Of a stretch of 15,818 nucleotides of DNA, positions 1-8,530 are shown piece after piece. The DNA is from Azolla caroliniana. Lineage: Eukaryota > Plantae > Polypodiophyta. Positions within the stretch are counted from its first letter, which is position 1; the number at the start of each line of letters is the position of its first letter. Where the stretch lies: assembly GCA_043228905.1 (NCBI GenBank), contig JBHGNT010000777.1:1-15818 (forward strand), written 5' to 3'. A model generated the notes under the pieces. That model ran no database searches. It was not told where the DNA came from and saw nothing but the letters and a program-made list of their open reading frames with translations. Position numbers and translations under genes: made by a program.

Positions 1-60
1 GTAGTCTCCCTCCCTCTTTCTCTCTCCTCTGTGTAGTCTTCCTCTCTCTCTCTCTCTCCT
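1..60. repeat. (CT)n-rich microsatellite
   Basis: Two GTAGTC-(CT)n-like blocks. Confidence 0.85.
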
Positions 61-1005
61 CATCAGCCCTAACATATCAATTGGTATGAAGACACTTTTT
101 ACACACATTGGAGGATGGATTCATCAGCAGGCCATCTTATATAAACATGCATCTATATTATGCATTGTGCAATGTGGTAGGGCAGCTGCGAACTTCATCA
201 CATCAGTTAAAGATTGAGGTAGGCAGATATGCACGTATACCTCTAGAAGAAAGTACCAATCAATTGTGTCATCAGGGAATGGAATCTGAAGAACACTATG
301 TTTGCCACTATAGTGTTTTTTATGAAAAGAGGGAGATACCATTGCCTCTTTGAACCAAGATTTGGCGCACTACACAAGGTAATGGAATACGAGGACCAAC
401 AGTGCTTGAGACTTTTCTTGCTAAAACTCAAGAGATAATGGGAAAAGTTGTTGAAGGAAAATAGTACAACCACACAAGCGCATCAACAAAGAATAACCAC
501 AACTTTCTTTAGCCCCATCATCACTACTCATCCTACAAGTCAATCAAGGGCTACACAAATGGGCTGCCCACCAGAACATAACAAAGGGGTTACAATAGAT
601 CAGGCAATAGCAATTTGTTGTGTACGTAGAGCCCCATCCCATGAACCGCAATCTCCCCACCCTTGTCATCAACAGATAAAGGCCATTATCTACCGCCATC
701 GCAAGTGCTTCCCTCGCTTCAGAGACCTCTCCATTTTGGATCAACCTATGCTAGAGATTTTTCGAAGACAAAAATTACAATATATCTGACTTGAGAATCT
801 TACATGTACCAATAACAAGATTCTTTGTTCTCTTTTTATCTTATTGACTTCTTCTTCCTTTTAACTTAGTAACATTTATATATTTTGATTTGTTGTTCTC
901 AAAGACCAGACAAGACTTAGTTGCTTAGTCTTATAGGCCATTAGTTGGTTGGTCTTATAGGCCATTTTGGCCTTTAACATTTCTTTCTTTCTTTCTTTCT
1001 TTCTT
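61..1005 (+). mobile_element. Decayed 5'-truncated non-LTR retrotransposon (LINE, RTE-X/CR1-group-like) 3' end, copy A
   Basis: Frameshifted ORF2 C-terminus QLRTSSHQLKIEVGRYARIPLEE..QLCHQGMESEEHYVCH (consensus with copy B gives a Cx2Cx8Hx4C knuckle). Stop at 787-789, 3' UTR, terminal hairpin 959-973, (TTTC)6 at 980-1003. Two hand-counted segments match copy B at 62/70 and 41/50. Clade assignment is tentative. Confidence 0.8.
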
Positions 1006-1463
1006 GGTTGGAAACATCTCCAAAGGCTGCTTAAGCTATTGCACAGTAGTTTGTGGAGCTTGACCAAACTTTTAGTGTTACAATCAGTCACTGAGAAAAG
1101 GCCATCGTGATTCATAGGGTTGATAAAGGCACATGCATTCACTTGTGAAGTGTAACCTCTCCTCTCCCCAAAAATTTGGGTTTGAACTCAGACAGTGGAG
1201 AGGTTCAAATGCCTAACGAGATTTGGAATTATATGTATTTCAGATGTGAATAGACCTTCTGTGGTCACTCCAAATATGTGAAAAGCAGGGAAAAATCCAT
1301 TCTTCCAATCCAACCAAAGTTATTTGTACCATAGCATAATAAAGCCTTCATATGCATTTTACAAGGGTTATTGGTACATTTATTTCCTATGAGTTTCGTT
1401 TTATGTATCTTATTTCACCATATATTTATCTATCTTTTTCTTTTATCTTTTGCTTCAAACACG

Positions 1464-1487
1464 GTCGTCGTCGTCGTCGTCGTCGTC
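1464..1487. repeat. (GTC)8 microsatellite
   Basis: gtcgtcgtcgtcgtcgtcgtcgtc. Confidence 0.9.
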
Positions 1488-1620
1488 ATCCATTGATCTT
1501 CTTATCTGTCTTGAATTCCTTAATGCTGTGAACGTTTTTTTAACCCTCCTCAATCCCAAAAGGTAGTAGTTACAAATACAAGAGATGGGGAGTTCAGAAC
1601 TCTGCAATCACCCATCAACA

Positions 1621-1648
1621 GAAGGGGAAGGGGAAGGGGAAGGGGAAG
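1621..1648 (+). repeat. (GAAGGG)n repeat / G-quadruplex-forming motif
   Basis: GGGG-AA-GGGG-AA-GGGG-AA-GGGG at 1624-1645. Confidence 0.85.
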
Positions 1649-1656
1649 CTTTTTAC

Positions 1657-1820
1657 CTTTGTGATTGGCCTGAGGTACTGGGGGATGGAGCTTGTGGGCA
1701 GCATCTCTGCAACTCTGCAACTCTGTCTTGCCTCTGGCTCTCTCTGTCTATCCTCAGAAAGGAGTAGTCCCTCACCACTTTTATCTCCTTCTGAAGAACC
1801 AAACTACACTTCATCATCAT
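1657..1820 (-). CDS. Possible first coding exon of a third, unidentified gene
   Basis: An ATG run follows a (GA)n tract, the same layout as TOM40. Open frame MMMKCSLVLQKEIKVVRDYSFLRIDRESQRQDRVAELQRCCPQAPSPSTSGQSQ ends at donor AG|GTAAAA, followed by CT-rich intron-like sequence. No recognisable domain, and I could not securely identify downstream exons. Confidence 0.35.
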
Positions 1821-1834
1821 AAATCATCATCATC

Positions 1835-1875
<41 letters not shown>

Positions 1876-1882
1876 ATATATA

Positions 1883-1918
<36 letters not shown>

Positions 1919-1955
1919 TGTATATATATATATAATATGTCTGTATGTATGTATG

Positions 1956-1987
<32 letters not shown>

Positions 1988-2005
1988 TATAAATATATGT
2001 ATGTA
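1812..2005. repeat. Compound microsatellite (CAT)n-(CT)n-(TA)n-(TATG)n
   Basis: Directly visible. It generates the spurious YIHT/MYVC ORFs. Confidence 0.95.
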
Positions 2006-2009
2006 TCTT

Positions 2010-2580
2010 CTTTCTTCTACACAAGAAATTCGATTTCTCCGGCGAGGCCTATGGAAATGGAAGGAGAGCAAACTAACTCTTGCTCGGATAGGCGTACACC
2101 TGTGCTCCTCAAACTCGTGTAAGATCAGATCGGACCTGCTTGCTCTCTCTGCCCATAGAACATGTTTGCCTCTGTTTCGCACCAGGGGCAGGGGGCGTGG
2201 GCCCCGCCCACTCCTCTTCTGTACACTCCTTTCCAGCCCAACCAACATAACCTCCTTGGGGTAATATAACATCGACCCAACTCAATGGCATGATTCACCC
2301 TTCGCCTCCACTTCTTGAACAAAGATTGTCAGGACCAATCCCCTCTTGTCTAGAAGTGGGTTGGGCGCCAATGAATCATATCCACCATCTATGACATCTC
2401 GTCCTGAATTATTGAGTTACAATTATCTTTTCTCAAAGAGCTATAGAGCCTCACCCTACTTTGTCTTAGATATTAGAACCTCCGATGTTGTCCACACAAT
2501 TCCACAATCTTCTTCTATTTTTTTAGGCCCCTCTGATTTCTCATCTATATCCAAACTAAATGTTTGAACCACCAACAAAG
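2010..2580 (-). mobile_element. Probable decayed L1-type LINE fragment (zf-RVT-like C-terminal region)
   Basis: The minus-strand frame KKWRRR...RLCWLGWKGVYRRGVGGAHAPCPWCETEANMFY resembles the W..W..L..RG....CPWC..E...H.F pattern of plant LINE zf-RVT domains. The island is GC-richer than its flanks and abuts a microsatellite at its 3' end. Boundaries are approximate. Confidence 0.4.
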
Positions 2581-4237
2581 GATGTTACATATGAATAGAA
2601 ATAAATGAGACACCATAAGGTTCAACATATGAAGTAAACAAGATGAGACAAGAAGACGTTCAATATACAAGGGTAAGCACACATAACAAAAGAGACAATA
2701 CATGGTTCTCAATCAATAGTCTTTATTTCCATTTCTCAATCTCCACCTCCGGTCATCAATGGCCTCCCCTTTTGATGACCTTACCTAAATTCAATCAACC
2801 AATGGGACTTCAATATAAATTTTATGTTTCCATCAGTTGATTTAACCCCCAATAACAATACTATGAGAACTAATTGAAGGTTTTTCATGGGCTAATATTA
2901 AAAGTAAAAAACAATGATAAAGCTAAATAGGTTGATAGTTTTTTGTTTTTCCCCTAAAATTTTAACCTCTTAAACTATAATGATAGCCCATTAAATAACA
3001 CTTTGTAATAAGTTATTATTTACTTGGTTGTCTATAAACTTAGACTGAGCATTTTGAAACAGCAAGAATCAAAGCTTACCAAATTTCTTTCACCTTCAAT
3101 ATTCTAGAATGAATACCTATATTTCAATATATGTGCATTGAATAGTAAGAAACACAAGGTCAAAAGGGTTTCTCAATAAGACATATACCAAATTGTCGTA
3201 TACATGTCAACACAATTCATACGTATGATTCAAGTGAAGTCATTTTTCCAAGGCTTCTTATTCCATCTAGCAATGTTATTCCATTTACAAAGGCACGTGG
3301 AGTAAGTTTCATACATATCCATCAATAGAATGCCAAGTATGAATCAAGTTCTAACAAGAAGGAAATGTTATTTAAGAACAGATTGAGTTCTAACAACAAA
3401 GATATCATTAGATCAGGAATATATGCAACACTAGATTCTAGCACGACGAACATGTTAAATGGTACCACATTGCATATATGTGCTTCACATGTTCAACATT
3501 TTCCAAAGCACAAGTCATATATACTTAGATATGTATTTCACATTCTTCATTAAGGCAACAAGGATCAAAATTATGGAAGATATACATCTTGTTCTCTATA
3601 CATAAGTTTTCCTCCATATGCATTTCATAATCATAGCATAACTGCTCAAAGAGAAAGCAAATCAAATATCTCTAAAAATTACTGAGTAACTGGAAAAATG
3701 CCATATTCATTGATATCTAGACCACACACAATACTTTCTGTACAACAGAAAAAGCGTTTCCAATCCGATAGAAAGGGAAGGAGATTCCATGTTATTACAC
3801 ATGCAGATTTAGAATCACAGAAATAATAATAAGAATGCTACCATCTTTTCTTAATGCTTATCAAAGGGAGGTTCAACAGGAACATTAAAGTTAGTTGGTG
3901 GATTAGACACAAAAGAACAAAAAACAATAACAACAAATCCGTGATTCATCCTTAGATTGGAAGATCATTCATAGACCCTTTTTTTATTCAAGATTTTTTT
4001 GCACTCATCAAGAACTCATGAATCCTGATTGCTAAAAAGCATTCAAAACTGAGGCGCAGACCTTACTATTGCAAAAGATATATACTGGTATCCATTGAGT
4101 CAACTCTCGGACCTCCATTGTAACCTCTCAATGATCAATTGTATCATATTTGTCTCGAACAAAAAATTGACCACATTCACAACGATGTGGCTTAAAACAA
4201 TAAGAGCAATAAAAACACAATCAATGAACATTTATCA

Positions 4238-4297
4238 TCAAAGCTCTCCAACAGTCATCCCAAAGCCGAACTTATAATCTTTCTTCCAATGATCAAT
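4238..4297 (-). CDS. TOM40: TOM40 exon 11 (terminal)
   Basis: Acceptor ttgcag|. [19 protein letters not shown] then TGA, followed directly by further in-frame TGA TAA. Confidence 0.94.
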   Translation of the reverse strand: [19 protein letters not shown]

Positions 4298-7200
4298 CTG
4301 CAAATAAAGAAAAAACCCCAAATTTTAAAATTTCAAGCATTTTACTTGGCTGAAAAAACACAAAAAAATGCTTCTGTTTACAACCTCAGCAGAGAGAATA
4401 AAGTTAACCCCTAAATTTAGCCTCTCCTCCAAATAAGTTGCAACACGTCCATTGCTGTCAATCCGTCCTCTTACACGACACTGTTTATTGATAAAACATC
4501 AAACCATCTAAAAACTTCTATTGTAGGCAGAAGATTAACTATTTATTTTGTTTATTGTTCAACTTACATGACGCATCAAGTAATCATATCCCAAGCTACA
4601 AACGGCTTCTCTAGTGGATGCATTGTAAAGAAAATCAGTCGCAAGTGCAACCTGCCACCAGATATAAGAATATGAATAACACATTATTATTATTAACATT
4701 TCTGAACAGAGAAAGATTAAATAATTATGGAGAATTTTCATTGACAATAAGAAAAAATTTAGCTGCAGCAGACGAGAGTATACCTTCTCTGAGACTCTTT
4801 GAAAGTAGCTCATAGAGACCAGACCAGAGTTTGCAAGCTGACATGTTGCTACCTTTAATTTTATGAGAACAGTGAGATAATTAGATATTTACTACAAAGG
4901 AAAATATATGGGAAAAAACAAGTAGAAAATGCTGATCTGATCATACTATCTTGTCTGTGTTGTATCTCCCTGAAATACCAAGCCCAGATTTTCTTTGATG
5001 GCCCAACCAAAATATTTCTCCTCCTAAAGCTATATGGGGAGAGATGCTCTGCATAAAGAAAATACAAAATTCAACACCAATGTTGAAACACACATTGATA
5101 CTCTTCTCAAATATAAATGTAACTATTTGGCAGACCCATGGCATAAATAAATGTATATATCCATCCCAGGTATAAATTTCAGTTCTAATCATGCATTAAG
5201 TGTGACCAAATTTGTATGCATATGACACAAAGATTAGACAACACCTGAATATAATTGGCTCCATAGAAAGCATTATTTCCCAGCTGTACTTGGGTTCGAA
5301 AATCATTTCCCTAGCTCAATAAAAAAGAAAAGTTTCAGAAAATATATGTTTGAATTCATTGAAAATATCAGTGGAAAAACCGATACCTTGAAATCAACAT
5401 TGAGCATTCCATGCGAGTAATGTGGTTCATTAGTCAACTGGAAATCGACCAAACTTATTCAATGGCCAGCCAGACAAATATGAATTTGCAATATCAAATA
5501 ATTGGATGTAATCATATTTTAATGAAGAAGAAATATACTATCCAAATTGAGATTTACCTGATGAGACATTCGTAGGTAGGCCACATTACATAGAATGAAT
5601 ACACAGGACCCACATATGTAGCAAAATCTAAACGTATAAAACTTATTTTTTTTACCTTTATTCCAGTAATATACACAAATTAGACAATATCCATACATAC
5701 CTGAGCATTCATTTTGACTGACAACCTCTCTGTGAAATCATACTTCATTCTAGCAGTCAGTCTTCCATCCGTGAACAGACGCCCGATAAGCATGCACTGA
5801 TTGATGATAGAGGAATCATGGCAATTGATTCACATGGCACATTTAAGATAATGACCAGATAGAAATAAAAAAAGATATGCTTACTTTTGAATCTAGAAAA
5901 TTGGCTCCAAACTCATATTGTGAAGTTGGTACTTTGAATATTTCATTAGTTTGTGATGGCACCTCCAAGACTCCCATTGAGAGACTTAAAGAAAGAAAAA
6001 CAACAATGTGGTAGTTTAGATTTAAAATTTACAAATAAATTTCATAAAAAGAAAACTAGAATTGACTTGCCTGTGACTCAATGAGAATTTTGGAGTGAGA
6101 GGCTTGGTAAAGTCAAATTTCAAGCCTTCAAAAAGGTCTGGTTTCAAGGACACTGGAGGACAATAAAGCACCACATGATCAGTATCTCAAATATCAGTAG
6201 CATATAATCTCTCTATTAACAGTTTTCCATATACATGAAATTCAAAAACTGAAACATAATTGTAAACTTCAATCAACGAGTATAGATGTACATGCATAAA
6301 ACAAATTTGGAAGTCAATAATATTGGTTTGGTAGGTCCGTTTGCATGTGGATGGATTTGTATTCATGCACACAATCTGGATAAATGGGAATGAAATGAAG
6401 GAATGTAAATATACAGGTAGCTAGCTTTTTACATATAAATGAACGACCTAATCCTTGTGTCCATACACATTTCCATTGATATACTTTTGCACATACAAAG
6501 ACATCCACATGTGAGTGTGGCCTAACACATACCTTATGCTTAAATCTGAACTTCTAAATAATGTAATTTGTGCACATAACAGATGCCGAAAATGCACCCA
6601 ATGAAGTAAAAAAAATATATGAATGAAATAATCATTTTCCATACTTTGATAGATAAAAGTAATCAAATCATCCAGTAAAATTCTAAACATATCCACTGTA
6701 AAGTAACACCATCTTTCTACAATGAGAAACTCCGTGTCTGACAATGTTTTCTTAATCTAAACCCGGAATTCCAAAGTCGATAGGAAGATAGAGGGAAAAC
6801 CTTGACTTCAATTATATTGGGGCAGAGGTTCCACAATGTTCAACATTTCCTAATGTTATATACTTTCAGTGTTTAGCAGCACATGCAGAGATCTCTAACA
6901 AACATTTATTACTTTTTACGTGCACTTATTATTGGAAGGCCACGAAGAACAAAAACAACCAGTTATTAACTTGAGCTAAATGAACCACTCCTAGTGAAAA
7001 ATTTCTTACAACATCGAGTTGTCTTCTAGCTATGGAAAAGCTCTAAACCTTGCACTTGTGTAAAACAACTCTTCCTCGGAACATTCTGAAGCTATCTATT
7101 ATTCAAAACTTCGGCAGCTAAAGATCATGGCCCACTGAGAACTAGATATAGATAGAATCAACTCCCTTCCAAAATTGACTCTCCATTGTTTCAAATGCTA

Positions 7201-7610
7201 ACCAAGTCCTTTCATCTAGATATGGAACAAATTTTCTTTATTTTCAGCTGAAACCCCCACATTAGCCATGGGAAATGAAACTCAGGTTTTGACTAATGCA
7301 TCAAATGCATTCAAAACCTCTGTACAAAGCTCAATGTGCTATATCTACTACCTTATATATAAAGGCATTATAAACATGCTGACGAGAAGCCAGATAAAAT
7401 GAAACAAGTGAAACAGAATACCAGAGAAGAGAAGATAGACAGATACTCACTGTAGACTTCCCGCTGAATTTCATCATAGGAAACAGGGCAAGGGAGAGCA
7501 AGCCAGTCCGTTTTCTCCACTTCGTTTTCTTCTTCATGGTTTCCTTTCTCTTCTTCTGTAACAAGAGGAGGAGATGGAGATGGAAGGGCAAAGCTCAGAA
7601 TACCTCCCAT
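4238..7610 (-). CDS. TOM40: Mitochondrial import receptor subunit TOM40 (beta-barrel channel), complete 11-exon gene, 321 aa
   Basis: Exons spliced by hand: 7610-7451, 6152-6071, 5984-5885, 5796-5701, 5437-5387, 5310-5245, 5048-4947, 4852-4784, 4651-4568, 4480-4385, 4297-4238. Total 966 nt, frame-consistent, all GT-AG except intron 2 (GC-AG). Product: MGGILSFALP...[43 protein letters not shown]...YEFGANFLD...GRLFTDGRLTAR...GANYIQSISPHIALGGEIFW...ALATDFLYN...[19 protein letters not shown]...[35 protein letters not shown]. It is collinear with plant TOM40 as I recall it and ends in a beta-signal (KFGFGMTV). Confidence 0.97.
4385..4480 (-). CDS. TOM40: TOM40 exon 10
   Basis: Acceptor aaacag|. 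[32 protein letters not shown]. Donor |GTTGTA. Confidence 0.94.
4568..4651 (-). CDS. TOM40: TOM40 exon 9
   Basis: Acceptor tggcag|. [28 protein letters not shown]. Donor |GTAAGT. Confidence 0.94.
4784..4852 (-). CDS. TOM40: TOM40 exon 8
   Basis: Acceptor ttaaag|. VATCQLANSGLVSMSYFQRVSEK. Donor |GTATAC. Confidence 0.92.
4947..5048 (-). CDS. TOM40: TOM40 exon 7
   Basis: Acceptor atgcag|. SISPHIALGGEIFWLGHQRKSGLGISGRYNTDKI. Donor |GTATGA. Confidence 0.94.
5245..5310 (-). CDS. TOM40: TOM40 exon 6
   Basis: Acceptor agctag|. GNDFRTQVQLGNNAFYGANYIQ. Donor |GTGTTG. Confidence 0.93.
5387..5437 (-). CDS. TOM40: TOM40 exon 5
   Basis: Acceptor ttccag|. LTNEPHYSHGMLNVDFK. Donor |GTATCG. Confidence 0.93.
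5701..5796 (-). CDS. TOM40: TOM40 exon 4
   Basis: Acceptor aatcag|. CMLIGRLFTDGRLTARMKYDFTERLSVKMNAQ. Donor |GTATGT. Confidence 0.94.
5885..5984 (-). CDS. TOM40: TOM40 exon 3
   Basis: Acceptor tttaag|. (S)LSMGVLEVPSQTNEIFKVPTSQYEFGANFLDSK. Donor |GTAAGC. Confidence 0.93.
6071..6152 (-). CDS. TOM40: TOM40 exon 2
   Basis: Acceptor ctccag|. (M)[26 protein letters not shown]. Non-canonical donor AG|GCAAGT. Confidence 0.93.
7451..7610 (-). CDS. TOM40: TOM40 exon 1
   Basis: ATG at 7610. MGGILS...[19 protein letters not shown]. Donor A|GTGAGT, phase 1. Confidence 0.93.
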
Positions 7611-7995
7611 TCTTCCTTCTTCTTCCTTCCTTCCTTCTTTCCTTCCTTCTATCTTTCTGTCCCCCTCCTTCGTCTTCTTCTATCTGTTTGTATTTCTTCC
7701 TTCCTTCCTTCTTTCTTCCTTCCTAATCCTTCTTTCTTTCAGTCTGCCTCACTGCTGTCTTCCTTCTAGCAACCTCTCTCTTCCTTCCTTATCCTTCGTC
7801 CTTCTCTCTTCCTTGCTCTCTCTCTCTGTCTGCCTGTCTGCTCTTCCTTCCTTCCTTCCTTCCTTCCTTCCTTCCCACTTCTTCTTTCCACTCACAGCTG
7901 CCTCTGAGAGATTGCAGGGGTTTTATGAAAACTTCTTCTTCTTCATCATCATCATCATCAGAAAAGCTCCATCATTTTGCTGTTTTGCTTGTGCA

Positions 7996-8028
<33 letters not shown>

Positions 8029-8071
8029 CTCTATCTATCTCTCTCTCTCTATCTATCTCTATCTCTCTCTC
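7611..8071. repeat. Polypyrimidine microsatellite cluster (CTTC)n, (CTT)n, (CAT)5, (CT)n/(CTAT)n; probable TOM40 5' UTR and proximal promoter
   Basis: Directly visible. GA-rich on the TOM40 sense strand, immediately upstream of the ATG. Confidence 0.85.
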
Positions 8072-8074
8072 CTT

Positions 8075-8425
8075 GTCTTCATCGTGGTCCCGGTCAAGGT
8101 CCTGCTTGTGGTCATGATTGTGGCCCTGGTCAAGGTCCCGATCATTATCATGGTTGTGCTTGTGATCTCGAGCATGATCATGGTTGTGCTGGTTGTCTCG
8201 AGCATGATCATGGTCTTGACTTTGGTCTTGGTCTAGGTCTCGGCCTTGGCCTTGGTGTTGCCTTGGCCTTGACCTTTACCTTGACCTTGGTCTTACTCTT
8301 GGCCTTGACCTTGACCTTGGTCTTACTCTTCAACTTGGCCTTCTCCTTGACCTTGGTCTTACTCTTGGACTTGACCTTGACCTTGACCTTGACCTTGGTC
8401 TTACTCTTGGCCTTGGTCTAGGTCC
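8075..8425. repeat. Degenerate hexamer-based minisatellite with 30-bp higher-order units
   Basis: CCTTGA/CCTTGG/GTCTTG hexamers. 30-bp duplication at 8147-8176 and 8177-8206. TCTTACTCTT recurs at 8291, 8321, 8357 and 8399. Confidence 0.88.
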
Positions 8426-8530
8426 TCATCTAGTGATAAGCTCACCTTGTTCACACCAACTAATATACTCGTCCAACGTATTAAGAGTATATAAAGAGTC
8501 CATTTGCCTTGCACTTCGATTAATTCACCA

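Noticed and set aside
876-1345. Minus-strand ORF 876-1142 and nearby segments as further exons of the left gene
   Set aside because: Tested acceptors (1212, 1346) hit stops in the required phase, and the ORF runs into the LINE tail.
1833-2272. ORFs 1833-2024, 1874-2272, 1890-2264 and 1898-2122
   Set aside because: Translations of (TATG)n/(CT)n microsatellites plus decayed repeat, not genes.
6801-6849. In-frame TGA in KC*TLWNLCPNIIEVK as selenocysteine or an LRR pseudo-exon
   Set aside because: Land plants lack selenoproteins, and there are no supporting neighbouring exons.
7536-8421. Plus-strand ORFs of 77, 202 and 103 aa that look like membrane or His-rich proteins
   Set aside because: Pyrimidine-rich micro- and minisatellites rarely contain stops. 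The 202-aa ORF starts at TTG and none has a domain.
8420-8440. CTAG-T as a Helitron 3' end
   Set aside because: No convincing GC-rich subterminal hairpin and no identifiable 5' TC end.
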